From Deltaproteobacteria bacterium (GTDB taxonomy: Bacteria; Desulfobacterota; GWC2-55-46), in assembly GCA_016219015.1 (NCBI GenBank), contig JACRCL010000031.1, positions 22,159 to 86,158 of the forward strand: a DNA stretch of 64,000 nt. Direction: 5' to 3'. Below, piece after piece: positions 55,488-64,000 of this stretch. The notes under the pieces are model-generated. The model had not been told where the DNA came from. It saw only the letters and a program-made list of their open reading frames with translations, and searched no databases. How positions within the stretch are numbered: position 1 is the stretch's first letter; each line of letters opens with the position of its first letter. The position numbers and the translations under genes are program-made.

Positions 55488-56621
55488 TTATTTGTATTTC
55501 CTTATTACCTCTAATATCTGAGCCGGGGTTATCGGCTCTCCGTCAACCCTGTGTATGCCCTCGACCTTCGTTGCGCCGCGGCTGCACCGCTCGACCTCCA
55601 GGACCATCTGTCCGAGGTTAAGCTCGGGGACTATTATCGCCTTCACTTTCTTCGCGAGCTCGGCTACCGCCCTGTCCGGGAACGGCCATATCGTAAGGGG
55701 CCGCAGCAACCCGGCCTTTATTCCGGCCTTACGCGCCTCGTTCACCGCGTAGCGGGCGCTACGGGCCGTGGAGCCGATGGTAAAGACGGCCACCTCGGCG
55801 TCGTCGAGGAAGGTCTCCTCGTTCTTCCAGATGTCTTCCTTGTGGTTCTCTATCTTCCTCATTATCCGCTCGTTGTTCTCGCGGATTATCTTCGGGTCGT
55901 TCGTCGGGAAGCCGTCCTGCTTGTGATTGAGCCCTGTCACGTGGAACCTGTAGCCCGTCCCGAAAGGCGCGAGCGGCGCCACCTCGTATTTATCGTCGTA
56001 GGGGAAGTATTCCTCGGGCTTGCAGGTGACCTTCGCCCTGTCCACGACCTCGATCTCCCCTGGCGCCGGCATGGTTATCGGCTCCCTCATATGGCCGACT
56101 ATCTCGTCGTAAAGCACGACCACCGGGGTCCTGTACTTCTCGGCGAGGTTAAAGGCCCTTACCGTCTCCGTGAGTATCTCCTGGACGTAGGCCGGGGTAA
56201 CCGATATGGCGGGGTGGTCGCCGTGGGTGCCCCACTTCGCCTGCATGATATCGGCCTGCGACGGGCCGGTAGGGTAGCCGGTCGAGGGGCCGCCCCTCAT
56301 CACGTTAATCACCACGCACGGTATCTCGGCGAGGCAGGCGTACCCGATCGCCTCCTGCTTTAGCGAAAACCCCGGGCCGGATGTGGCGGTAAGGGTCTTC
56401 AGCCCGGCAAGCGACGCGCCGATGATGGCGGCCATCGAGGCTATCTCGTCCTCCATCTGGATGAACTTGCCTCCGAGCTTCGGCAGCCTGACGGACATAC
56501 CCTCGGCTATCTCGGTGGAGGGCGTTATCGGATAGCCCGCGTAAAACCTGCACCCGGCGTATAGAGCCCCTTCGACGCAAGCCTCGTTGCCCTGAAGGAG
56601 CTTTTTCTTTTTTTCAGCCAT
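55488..56621 (-). CDS. korA: 2-oxoacid:ferredoxin oxidoreductase alpha subunit
   Basis: YAGYPITPSTEI ... TATSGPGFSLKQE ... domain I/II architecture. Confidence 0.7.
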   Translation of the reverse strand: MAEKKKKLLQGNEACVEGALYAGCRFYAGYPITPSTEIAEGMSVRLPKLGGKFIQMEDEIASMAAIIGASLAGLKTLTATSGPGFSLKQEAIGYACLAEIPCVVINVMRGGPSTGYPTGPSQADIMQAKWGTHGDHPAISVTPAYVQEILTETVRAFNLAEKYRTPVVVLYDEIVGHMREPITMPAPGEIEVVDRAKVTCKPEEYFPYDDKYEVAPLAPFGTGYRFHVTGLNHKQDGFPTNDPKIIRENNERIMRKIENHKEDIWKNEETFLDDAEVAVFTIGSTARSARYAVNEARKAGIKAGLLRPLTIWPFPDRAVAELAKKVKAIIVPELNLGQMVLEVERCSRGATKVEGIHRVDGEPITPAQILEVIRKYK

Positions 56622-56691
56622 TTTTTATTCCCCTTGAACCCGCCTCTCGGGGATTCGCCCGGCGGCGGGTTTAAAATCGTCTTTAGATTTT

Positions 56692-56898
56692 TTAATCAAA
56701 GACCTGTATGGCGAAGTCCGGGCACCGCAGATCGCATAGCTGGCACCTCGTGCACGCGGCGAGGTCCTTTACCGCCACCACGGAGCCCCTTATCTCAAGG
56801 ACGTTCGTCGGGCAGAAGTCCACGCATATGCTGCAGCCTTTGCAGAGCCTCTCGTTTATTACTATATTCGGCAGTTTCTTTGCCGCGGCCTCGGCCAT
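56692..56898 (-). CDS. korD: 2-oxoacid:ferredoxin oxidoreductase delta subunit (2x[4Fe-4S] ferredoxin)
   Basis: CKGCSICVDFCP and CTRCQLCDLRCP. Start taken at the internal MAEAAAKK. Confidence 0.7.
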   Translation of the reverse strand: MAEAAAKKLPNIVINERLCKGCSICVDFCPTNVLEIRGSVVAVKDLAACTRCQLCDLRCPDFAIQVFD

Positions 56899-57020
56899 AT
56901 AAACCTCCAGGCCGTCCTTCCGATAGACCAAACCGAAAGAGGGACGGCGTTCATATTTTACGGAAAAACCCTTTTACCACAGGGCCTTAAGTTCGTCAAT
57001 ATCTTATATTATCACAATTA

Positions 57021-57896
57021 TCACACTTTTTCGAGCACTTCCAATACGGTTTTACCTATCTCGGCGGTAGACCTCGTAACCCGTATCCCGGCCGCCTCCA
57101 TCGCCTTCATCTTCTCGTCCGCCGTCCCCTTGCCGCCTGAGATTATCGCCCCGGCGTGGCCCATCCTCTTGCCCTTGGGCGCGGTCACCCCGGCTATGTA
57201 GCCCACGACCGGCTTCGTGACCTTCTTTTTTATGAACTCCGCCGCGTCCTCCTCGGCCGAGCCGCCTATCTCGCCTATCATCACGATGGCAGAGGTGCCG
57301 GGGTCCTCCTGGAACATGCCGAGGACGTCGACGAAGTTCGTCCCGTTCACGGGGTCTCCCCCGATGCCGACGCAGGTAGACTGCCCGAGCCCGAGCCTCG
57401 TAAGCTGGTCAACCGCCTCGTAGGTGAGGGTCCCGCTCCTCGATACCACCCCTACTGAGCCGGGCTTGTGTATGTGGCCGGGCATGATGCCTATCTTGCA
57501 CTCGCCCGGGGTTATGACGCCGGGGCAGTTGGGCCCCACAAGCCTTGAGGGTTTGCCCTTCATGAAGGTCCTGACCTTCACCATGTCGAGTACCGGAATG
57601 CCCTCTGTTATGCAGATGACGAGGCGGATATCGGCGTCCACCGCCTCCATTATGGCGTCCGCCGCGAAAGGGGCCGGGACGTATATGACGGTCGCGTCCG
57701 CGCCGGTATTCTTTACCGCCTGCTCGACCGTGTCGAATACCGGGATGTTATCGACCTTTGTCCCGCCCTTGCCGGGGGTGACGCCTCCGACCATCCTTGT
57801 GCCGTAGGCGACCATCTGCCGGGTGTGGAAGGTGCCCTGCTCGCCGGTTATGCCCTGGCAGATGACTTTCGTGTTTTTATTTACGAGTATGCTCAT
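57021..57896 (-). CDS. sucD: succinyl-CoA synthetase alpha subunit
   Basis: Phospho-His loop [14 protein letters not shown]. CoA-binding [12 protein letters not shown]. Confidence 0.9.
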   Translation of the reverse strand: MSILVNKNTKVICQGITGEQGTFHTRQMVAYGTRMVGGVTPGKGGTKVDNIPVFDTVEQAVKNTGADATVIYVPAPFAADAIMEAVDADIRLVICITEGIPVLDMVKVRTFMKGKPSRLVGPNCPGVITPGECKIGIMPGHIHKPGSVGVVSRSGTLTYEAVDQLTRLGLGQSTCVGIGGDPVNGTNFVDVLGMFQEDPGTSAIVMIGEIGGSAEEDAAEFIKKKVTKPVVGYIAGVTAPKGKRMGHAGAIISGGKGTADEKMKAMEAAGIRVTRSTAEIGKTVLEVLEKV

Positions 57897-57927
57897 CTAT
57901 CGAAAACCTCCGGGGGGTTTTTCTCTG

Positions 57928-59106
57928 TCATTTCTTCTTCGCGGCGGCCACTACCTTTTGGGCGGCCTCGTCCATCCGCTCGGCCGTTATGATATTGAGG
58001 TTGGAATCGGCCAAAAGCTTCCTGCCCTGCTCCACGTTCGTTCCCTGGAGCCTCACCACGAGCGGGACCTTTATGCCCACGTCCTTTGCGGCGGCTATGA
58101 TGCCCTCGGCGATGATGTCGCACCTCATGATGCCGCCGAATATATTGACGAGCACCGCCTTTACGTTCGGGTCGGACATTATTATCTTGAACGCGGCAGT
58201 GACCTGCTCCTTGTTCGCGCCGCCTCCGACGTCGAGGAAGTTCGCCGGGGCCCCGCCTGAGAGCTTTATCATGTCCATCGTGGCCATGGCGAGCCCGGCT
58301 CCGTTGACCATGCAGCCTATCGAGCCGTCGAGAGAGACGTAGTTGAGGCTAAAGCGGGACGCCTCGACCTCTTTCGGGTCCTCCTCGTCAAGGTCCCTCA
58401 TGCCCTCTATCTCCTTGTGCCTGAAAAGGGCGTTGTCGTCGAAGGATATCTTGGCGTCGAGGGCGATAATGTCGCCGCCCTTCGTGATGACGAGCGGGTT
58501 TATCTCGGCCATCGAGCAGTCGCAGGAGGTAAAGGCGTTATAAAGGCCCGTCATGAACTTCACAACCTTGTTTACGAGGGATTTGTCTATGCCGAGGGCG
58601 AACGCGAGCTTTCTTGCCTGGAAGGGGATGAGGCCGGTAGCGGGGTCAACGAACTCTTTTAATATCTTTTCCGGGCTTCTGGCCGCCACCTCCTCTATCT
58701 CAACCCCGCCTTCGGAGGAGGCCATTATGGCGACCTTGTGGGTGGCCCTGTCAACGACCATCCCGAGGTAAAGCTCCCTGTCTATCTGGCAGCCTTCCTC
58801 TATCAATACCTTTTTTACTTCCTTGCCCGCGGGGCCCGTCTGGTGGGTGACGAGTATTTTTCCGAGGAGGTCCGTTGCGAACTTCCTGACGTCTTCCCTT
58901 GATTTCGCGAGCTTGACTCCCCCGGCCTTGCCCCTGCCGCCTGCGTGTATCTGGGCCTTTACGACGCAGACGCCGCCTTTGCCTTCGCCGAGGAACTCCT
59001 TTGATACCTCTTCAGCCTCGTCAGGCGTAAAGGCGATCTTGCCTTTGGGCACCGCGACGCCGAATTTGCCGAGTATCTGCTTTGCCTGATATTCGTGGAT
59101 GTTCAT
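57928..59106 (-). CDS. sucC: succinyl-CoA synthetase beta subunit (ATP-grasp)
   Basis: [13 protein letters not shown]-terminus. Full-length match. Confidence 0.9.
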   Translation of the reverse strand: MNIHEYQAKQILGKFGVAVPKGKIAFTPDEAEEVSKEFLGEGKGGVCVVKAQIHAGGRGKAGGVKLAKSREDVRKFATDLLGKILVTHQTGPAGKEVKKVLIEEGCQIDRELYLGMVVDRATHKVAIMASSEGGVEIEEVAARSPEKILKEFVDPATGLIPFQARKLAFALGIDKSLVNKVVKFMTGLYNAFTSCDCSMAEINPLVITKGGDIIALDAKISFDDNALFRHKEIEGMRDLDEEDPKEVEASRFSLNYVSLDGSIGCMVNGAGLAMATMDMIKLSGGAPANFLDVGGGANKEQVTAAFKIIMSDPNVKAVLVNIFGGIMRCDIIAEGIIAAAKDVGIKVPLVVRLQGTNVEQGRKLLADSNLNIITAERMDEAAQKVVAAAKKK

Positions 59107-59129
59107 CTGAAGCCGCCTCCAGGTTATTT

Positions 59130-59167
59130 AAAAAAAACCGCAAGGCGGGGCAAACGCCCCGCCTTGG
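59130..59167 (-). terminator. terminator-like hairpin plus T8 located 25 nt upstream of the sucC start (may end the upstream operon or act as an attenuator)
   Basis: Minus strand: AAGGCGGGGCgtttgCCCCGCCTTG CGGTTTTTTTT. Candidate promoter TTGCCT-N17-TAAAAT at about 59184-59216 (minus). Confidence 0.5.
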
Positions 59168-59227
59168 GCTTGATTTCCGGGAAACATATTTTTACAATAA
59201 AACGGCTTATCAGGCAACCGGTTTTTT

Positions 59228-60895
59228 TCAGCCTACCTGCCTTTCCCTCACATGGTCCGGCGCGTAGTCGGGCAGAAGGATCGGGCTTACCCCCGGGTCC
59301 TTTATCCCTGCATTGTCAATTTCCTTATTGAAATCATCTACATGACTGAGCGTGGCCTTGCCGCCCATCTTGTGGTTTTTCGCGTACTCGGACGCCTTCA
59401 GCCCGGCCCTCCTGCCGAACACGAGCACATCGAGGAGCGAGTTGCCCATGAGCCTGTTCCTGCCGTGGACGCCGCCAGCCACCTCTCCGGCGCTAAATAA
59501 CCCCTCGATGCTCGTCTCCGCCCATTCGTCTATCAGTATCCCTCCGTTCTGGTAATGGAGGGTCGGGTAGATGAGCATCGGCTCCCTGCTTATGTCGATT
59601 TCGTAGCGCTTGAACTGTATGTACTTCGCGGGCAGCTCCTTCCTTACTGTCCCCTCGCCGTGGAGGAGGTCTATCATGGGGGAGTCGAGCCATACCCCGA
59701 GCCTGCCGGTCGGCGTTACGACGCCTTTTCCGGCCTCAAGGCACTCCCTTATTACGCAGGCTGACTCAACGTCCCTCGGCTCGAGCGGGAAGCAGAACTG
59801 CTCGCCATCGGTATTAAGTATCTGCGCCCCAAGCCCCCTCACCTTCTCGGTTATAAGGAGGCCCACGTTCTGCTCCGGGTATATCGCGCCGGTCGGGTGG
59901 TACTGGGTGGAGTCGATGTCCTGCAATTTGACCCCCGCCCTGTAGGCCATCACGATGCCGTCGGCCGTCGCGCCGTAATGGTTCGTCGTGGGGAAGCCCT
60001 GTATGTGGAGCCTGCCGAAACCGCCCGTGGCTATGAGGACGGACTTCGCCCTCACGTTATAGTATTCCTTTGTCTCGAGGTTATAAAGGACCGCCCCGGC
60101 GGCATGGCCCTTCTCGTCGAGCAGTATCTCGACGGCCGGGGAGAACTCCAGCACTTTTATGTCGTTGTCACGGTTCCGTGCCTCGTCCCTCAGCACCCTC
60201 ATTATCTCCGCGCCGGTCATGTCGCCCGATGAGTGCATCCTCTTCCTGCAGGTGCCTCCCCCGTGCCTTACCTTCATCCTGCCGTCCGGGAGCTTGTCGA
60301 ACATCATCCCGAGCCCTTCGAGCCAGTGGATGATGAGCGGCGCGTCGTTCGTAAGCGCGGCCACGAGCCCGGGCTGGTTGGAGAAGTGCCCGCCGCCGAT
60401 GACGTCGAGGTAGTGGAAGTAGGGCGAGTCCCCTTCCTGGGTCGCGCCCTGTATGCCGCCCTCGGCCATGACGGTATTCGAGTCCCCGTGGCGGAGCTTT
60501 GTGGATACTATCACCTTGAGCCCGGCCTCCTGCGCGGCAAGGGCCGCGGCGGTGCCCGCGCCGCCCGCGCCTATCACAAGGAGGTCGGCCGTATAATCGG
60601 TCCTCGAAAGGTCGATGGATTTGGTATCGAGCCTGCTCTTCGACTCAAGGAGCCTTGCGACCTCTTCGGGCAGCTCGAGCCCCTTGTTCGGGCCGACCTT
60701 GAGTTTCCGCCTGCCGTCCTTTTTATAGTCAGGGTGGTATTTCCTGAGCCACTCCTGCCGCTCCTCCATTGTAAGCGCCGGGAAGTGCTCGCCTTTGCGC
60801 GCCTTCTCGACCCTCGCGGCCCTCGTGGCCTCGACCCTCTTTATCAGTTCCTTCAGTGCCGGGGTATATCCGCTCATCTCTTTTTCCCCTTTCAA
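59228..60895 (-). CDS. divergent SdhA/FrdA-family FAD flavoprotein (fumarate reductase / succinate dehydrogenase flavoprotein-like) with N-terminal extension
   Basis: Dinucleotide fold LLVIGAGGAGTAAALAA. FAD_binding_2 segments (RHGGGTCRKR, HYGATADG, HPTGAIYPE, LFSAGEVAGGVHGRNRLMGNSL). Confidence 0.65.
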   Translation of the reverse strand: MKGEKEMSGYTPALKELIKRVEATRAARVEKARKGEHFPALTMEERQEWLRKYHPDYKKDGRRKLKVGPNKGLELPEEVARLLESKSRLDTKSIDLSRTDYTADLLVIGAGGAGTAAALAAQEAGLKVIVSTKLRHGDSNTVMAEGGIQGATQEGDSPYFHYLDVIGGGHFSNQPGLVAALTNDAPLIIHWLEGLGMMFDKLPDGRMKVRHGGGTCRKRMHSSGDMTGAEIMRVLRDEARNRDNDIKVLEFSPAVEILLDEKGHAAGAVLYNLETKEYYNVRAKSVLIATGGFGRLHIQGFPTTNHYGATADGIVMAYRAGVKLQDIDSTQYHPTGAIYPEQNVGLLITEKVRGLGAQILNTDGEQFCFPLEPRDVESACVIRECLEAGKGVVTPTGRLGVWLDSPMIDLLHGEGTVRKELPAKYIQFKRYEIDISREPMLIYPTLHYQNGGILIDEWAETSIEGLFSAGEVAGGVHGRNRLMGNSLLDVLVFGRRAGLKASEYAKNHKMGGKATLSHVDDFNKEIDNAGIKDPGVSPILLPDYAPDHVRERQVG

Positions 60896-60929
60896 AAACC
60901 CTTCACGAATGAAAAGGCGTCAAACGCCC

Positions 60930-61715
60930 CTACAGGTTATTCGTCTCTTTCGGCATCCACTTGCCGGGCTCGGCCAGGTCCGGCTCCCTCTCGCGCTCGA
61001 CGTAGAGCTTCTTTACGTCCTCCTGCTTCATGGCCATAAGCCCGTCCAGCAGCTTTTCGTACTTGCCGCTCTTTACCTCTTCCACCCTCTTCTCTAAGTG
61101 TCCGGCCTTCGGGAGGATGTACTTGCCGTAGGCCCTCCTTACGAACTGGGCGGCCATGAACTGCGTTATCTGCGCCGGGCAGCGCGAGGCGCAAAGCCCG
61201 CACATCACGCAGTCGAAACTCTTCAATGCAGCGCCCTTCAGGTCGCCGCGCTTCATGAGGGCTATGTAGTCCATCACGTCTATGTCCATTGGGCAGGTCC
61301 TGGTGCAGGTGCCGCAGCCCACGCATTTGAAGACCTCGGGGTAGAGCCTGCGGAGCTCCTCGTGCGGGCTCCCGGTAAAGTCGTCGAGGTCGTACCCCGG
61401 CCTGTTGGCCGGGAAGAACGGGAGCTGCATTATGACCATGTTCGGCTCGGCCACGGTCTGGCAGGCGAGCCCCGACCGTAATCTATAGTCCCCGATGTAG
61501 CGGTAGAAGGTGCCGCAGGCGCCGCATATGCCGCCCCTGCACCCGCACCCGCGCACGTAGGAATATCCGGCGTACTCGACGGCCTTCATGATGGTCAGCG
61601 TCTCCGGGACCATGTACTCCCTGCCCATGATGTATATGGCTATCATCTTCGCGCCTTCGGGCGGGATGGTCCTGTCGCCTGTAGTCAGGGTCTTGTGCTT
61701 TTTATCGTCCGCCAT
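60930..61715 (-). CDS. SdhB/FrdB-like iron-sulfur protein (2Fe-2S plus 2 cubane clusters), partner of the divergent flavoprotein
   Basis: CGCRGGICGACG. CVGCGTCTRTCP. CVMCGLCASRCP. Confidence 0.65.
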   Translation of the reverse strand: MADDKKHKTLTTGDRTIPPEGAKMIAIYIMGREYMVPETLTIMKAVEYAGYSYVRGCGCRGGICGACGTFYRYIGDYRLRSGLACQTVAEPNMVIMQLPFFPANRPGYDLDDFTGSPHEELRRLYPEVFKCVGCGTCTRTCPMDIDVMDYIALMKRGDLKGAALKSFDCVMCGLCASRCPAQITQFMAAQFVRRAYGKYILPKAGHLEKRVEEVKSGKYEKLLDGLMAMKQEDVKKLYVEREREPDLAEPGKWMPKETNNL

Positions 61716-61749
61716 CGTCTCTTCTCCGCTTCATTCCATTATAACTTGA

Positions 61750-62589
61750 TTAGAAATCGCCGTACATCCTCTTTATTTCCGCGGCCGTGTAGACAGGGCC
61801 TTCCTTGCATACGTAAACGTCGCCGACGTTGCACCTGCCGCATTTGCCCACCCCGCACTTCATCTTGTTCTCAAGGGTGGTATAGACGCTGTTCTCGTCA
61901 AACCCGAGCTTAAGAAGCGCATTAAGGACGAACTTTATCATTATCGGCGGCCCGCATGTGACAGCTACCGAGTTGGCCGCCGAAGGCGCAGCCTCCTCTA
62001 ATATCGTAGGCACGAACCCGACCTTCCCCTTCCAGTCCGGGGTCTGGCCGCCGGGGTCCACGGTCTGGACGAGCTTCACGTCCCTTCTATCCTCCCAGTG
62101 GGCGAGCTCGTTCTTGTAGACGAGGTCGGCCACGGTCTTGGCGCCGTAGACGACGGTGATATCGCCGAAGTCCTCGCGCCTGTCGAGCACGTTCCAGATG
62201 ACCGAGCGCACCGGCGGCAGCCCTATGCCCCCGGCTATGAATACGATGTTCTTCCCTTTCCATTCGTCAATGGGGAAGAAATTCCCGTAAGGCCCCCTGA
62301 AGCCCATCGTGTCGCCTATGGACAGCCCCGCGAGCCCGCCCGTGACCCTGCCGGTCCTTCTGAAGGTGCACTGTATGTAGCCCTTCCGGGTCGGGGCCGA
62401 GGCTATGCAGAAGGTCGATTCGCCCAGGCCGAAGGCCGAGTAGAGCCCGAACTGGCCGGCCTTGAAGTCGAACGAATCGCGCACGGCCGGGTCCTTGAAT
62501 ACCAACCTGAAGCTCCTTACGTCCGGCGCCTCTTCGTATATGTCCTCTATGGTTACGAGGTGGGGGAGATAAATGTTGTTCATACTCAA
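61750..62589 (-). CDS. FAD/NAD(P)-binding oxidoreductase subunit with C-terminal [2Fe-2S] (PyrK / sulfhydrogenase-gamma HydG / AsrB family)
   Basis: Ferredoxin-reductase fold (RSFRL...GQFGLY, FIAGGIGLPP). C-terminal CGVGKCGRC. Confidence 0.75.
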   Translation of the reverse strand: MSMNNIYLPHLVTIEDIYEEAPDVRSFRLVFKDPAVRDSFDFKAGQFGLYSAFGLGESTFCIASAPTRKGYIQCTFRRTGRVTGGLAGLSIGDTMGFRGPYGNFFPIDEWKGKNIVFIAGGIGLPPVRSVIWNVLDRREDFGDITVVYGAKTVADLVYKNELAHWEDRRDVKLVQTVDPGGQTPDWKGKVGFVPTILEEAAPSAANSVAVTCGPPIMIKFVLNALLKLGFDENSVYTTLENKMKCGVGKCGRCNVGDVYVCKEGPVYTAAEIKRMYGDF

Positions 62590-62618
62590 TCCTTATTTTC
62601 CATGCTAAGGGAAGCACA

Positions 62619-62737
62619 AGTTATCAGTTATCAGTTATCGGTTAACAGTTATCGGTTATCGGTTATCAGTTAACAGTTATCGGTTATCGGTTATCAGTTA
62701 ACAGTTATCAGTTAACGGTTATCAGTTATCAGTTAAC
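62619..62737. repeat. heptanucleotide tandem array, 17 units of (A/G)GTTA(T/A)C, with a 28-nt higher-order repeat
   Basis: agttatc x3, ggttaac, then [agttatc ggttatc ggttatc agttaac] x2, and so on. It lies directly upstream of the PyrK-like gene start (62589) and is the reverse-orientation counterpart of the array at 16759-16800. Confidence 0.9.
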
Positions 62738-62745
62738 GGTGGCCC

Positions 62746-62759
62746 CTCAGAATGACAAC
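62746..62759. repeat. solo right-arm fragment of MITE family A (CTCAGAATGACAAC)
   Basis: Matches the right terminal repeat of 17898-17988 including the flanking ACTTCG. Confidence 0.6.
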
Positions 62760-62765
62760 TTCGCC

Positions 62766-62795
62766 CAACGCAGATGGGCGTTTTTCAGCATAAAA
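62766..62795 (+). repeat. 30-nt direct repeat copy 1 (CAACGCAGATGGGCGTTTTTCAGCATAAAA); includes the hairpin CGCCCAacgcagaTGGGCG followed by T5
   Basis: Repeated at 62923-62952, flanking a 127-nt AT-richer segment. Confidence 0.8.
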
Positions 62796-62922
62796 ATAAA
62801 CCACTTTTATTTATTCCAAAACCCTTTTTTTATGCTCAAAAATGTCCAGATGCGAGGAATGACAAGGGATTGAACCGGAGCATACTTTTTCAGTATGTGA
62901 GGATTCAAGCCCGCAGTCATGA

Positions 62923-62952
62923 CAACGCAGATGGGCGTTTTTCAGCATAAAA
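62923..62952 (+). repeat. 30-nt direct repeat copy 2
   Basis: Identical 30-mer to copy 1. Ends 4 nt before the stop of the HydB-like gene. Confidence 0.8.
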
Positions 62953-62956
62953 TAAT

Positions 62957-63967
62957 CTACTTCGACATCTCCTCCATCACTTCGGTAATATCCAGCCTCA
63001 CCGGGCAGACCCTTATGCACCTGCCGCACCCGACGCAGCCCTTTGACGAGAACTTGTCCGGGTAGATGTTGAACTTGCACATGAAGCGGTTCCTCCACCT
63101 CTTGTACTGGAACTCCCTCGGGTTATGCCCGCTGGCGTGGAGCGTGAAGGTGTCGTACTGGCACGAGTCCCAGTTCTTCCTCCTCTCGCCGCCGAAGGCC
63201 ATGCCCTCGTCCGTTATATCGAAGCAGTGGCAGGTGGGGCAGACGAACGTGCAGGCCCCGCACCCTATGCACTTCCTCGTAAGCCGTGCCCAGACAGGGT
63301 CGTCGTAGTGCTCCTTTTTCGAAAGCCTCTCGGCTATCCTGGCAAGGTCTATGCCCGCTATCTTCTCCGGCATGAAGAGCTTTTTCGTCTTCGTGTCCTT
63401 CGCGTCCTCGAAAGCGGCCGCGTGCTCTTCGATAAACGCCCTGCCCCTGTCCGTGATTGCTTTGGCGATGTAGTCCCCGCCCTCGGTCTCCTTCAGATAT
63501 ACGTCGCTCCCCGAGGTCGATTCAGGCGAAAGCCCGACAGTGGTGCAGAAGCAGGCCTCGTCGCCTTTTGTGCAGGCCACGGTCAATACTACCGTCTTAT
63601 CCTCCCGCTGCGTGTAGAACTCGTCTATGAAGTCCCACGTGAAGACCGCCCTCAGGGCCGAGAGGCTCTCGGCCTCGCAGGGGCGCGCCCCGAAGATGAC
63701 CGTGGTGGAGGGCTCGACGTCCCTCCCCTGCAGGTCTATCCCATCCTTATGGACGGTAAAGTCAGCTATGACCTCGGTCTGCGGGAAGAGGTACTCCTTG
63801 TACGAGTTCCGAGCGAGTATATGATCGAAAGATATCTCCTCCGCCTTTTTTACGGCCTTGAACACCACCTGGCGGGCATCAAGCGAAGGCGCTATGAACC
63901 TCCCGCCCCTGTTGACGACGGAGCCTATGAGCTTGTCGAAATTTACTTTTCTTAAAAGTTTATCCAT
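62957..63967 (-). CDS. HydB/AsrA-family iron-sulfur protein (sulfhydrogenase beta / anaerobic sulfite reductase subunit A-like, multiple [4Fe-4S])
   Basis: Cys clusters CEAESLSALR...CTKGDEACFCTT, CIGCGACTFVCPTCHCFD and CVGCGRCIRVCP. First gene of a 4-gene minus-strand operon. Confidence 0.7.
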   Translation of the reverse strand: MDKLLRKVNFDKLIGSVVNRGGRFIAPSLDARQVVFKAVKKAEEISFDHILARNSYKEYLFPQTEVIADFTVHKDGIDLQGRDVEPSTTVIFGARPCEAESLSALRAVFTWDFIDEFYTQREDKTVVLTVACTKGDEACFCTTVGLSPESTSGSDVYLKETEGGDYIAKAITDRGRAFIEEHAAAFEDAKDTKTKKLFMPEKIAGIDLARIAERLSKKEHYDDPVWARLTRKCIGCGACTFVCPTCHCFDITDEGMAFGGERRKNWDSCQYDTFTLHASGHNPREFQYKRWRNRFMCKFNIYPDKFSSKGCVGCGRCIRVCPVRLDITEVMEEMSK

Positions 63968-64000
63968 ATCGCAGTTTATTTGTCACTCGTATAACCGCAG

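Noticed and set aside
62619-62737. Possible CRISPR array
   Set aside because: The units are 7 nt with no spacers, so this is a plain microsatellite-type tandem repeat. No cas genes are present in the window.

Overview
High-GC (about 60%) bacterial chromosomal segment, densely coding on both strands and rich in short interspersed repeats. The one clearly horizontally acquired piece is a low-GC island (24.8-25.9 kb).

Gene content, in order along the window:
- 1-5.4 kb: a partial CDF metal exporter, a modBC-type molybdate/tungstate ABC transporter, a PAS sensor histidine kinase and deoB.
- 5.4-18.3 kb: one long minus-strand anaerobic cobalamin (cbi) operon headed by a cobalamin riboswitch. It carries a cbiX-cbiC fusion, the cbiMNQO cobalt ECF transporter, an outer-membrane porin, cbtBA, cbiD, cbiET, cbiL and cbiF, then a VanZ-like gene, a creatininase-family gene, cbiG and cbiH.
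- 18.5-24.7 kb: a DacZ-type diadenylate cyclase, a TrmJ-like RNA methyltransferase, cobO, a sigma-70 family factor, a perR-ahpC pair, a CopD/HemJ-like membrane protein and ogt.
- 24.8-25.9 kb: the AT-rich island, with a minimal nucleotidyltransferase-fold gene translationally coupled to a small basic protein.
- 25.9-32.4 kb: rhodanese, a PEBP/YbhB protein, a DagK-family lipid kinase, a GH15-like hydrolase, a second CDF transporter and a short UvrD-like helicase.
- 32.6-33.2 kb: three tandem paralogous 34-39 aa single-TM micropeptide genes with their own promoter and terminator. They are missing from the ORF track and are the most striking unannotated unit.
- 33.2-42.4 kb: a DJ-1/PfpI protein, a YyaL thioredoxin-domain protein and an osmoadaptation-like cluster. 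The cluster holds two retaining GT-A glycosyltransferases of the glucosyl/mannosyl-(3-phospho)glycerate synthase type, an MpgP/YedP-like HAD phosphatase, MscS, a TM-helix-repeat protein and a Ca2+/Na+ antiporter.
- 42.5-50 kb: housekeeping genes, namely amidase, rph, rdgB, cspA, citrate synthase, a ChaN-like lipoprotein, an HD-GYP response regulator and an M23 peptidase.
- 50.2-64 kb: TCA-linked anaerobic energy metabolism. This comprises a HdrB-like/SdhB/SdhA succinate dehydrogenase-fumarate reductase, a four-subunit 2-oxoacid:ferredoxin oxidoreductase (korDABC), sucCD, and an unusual operon joining HydB/AsrA-like and HydG/PyrK-like subunits to a divergent SdhB-like/SdhA-like pair.

At least six repeat families occur. 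The most notable is a roughly 115-nt two-hairpin element that sits directly on the start codon/RBS of four unrelated genes, in the same orientation each time. There are also heptanucleotide (R)GTTA(T/A)C tandem arrays upstream of two operons.
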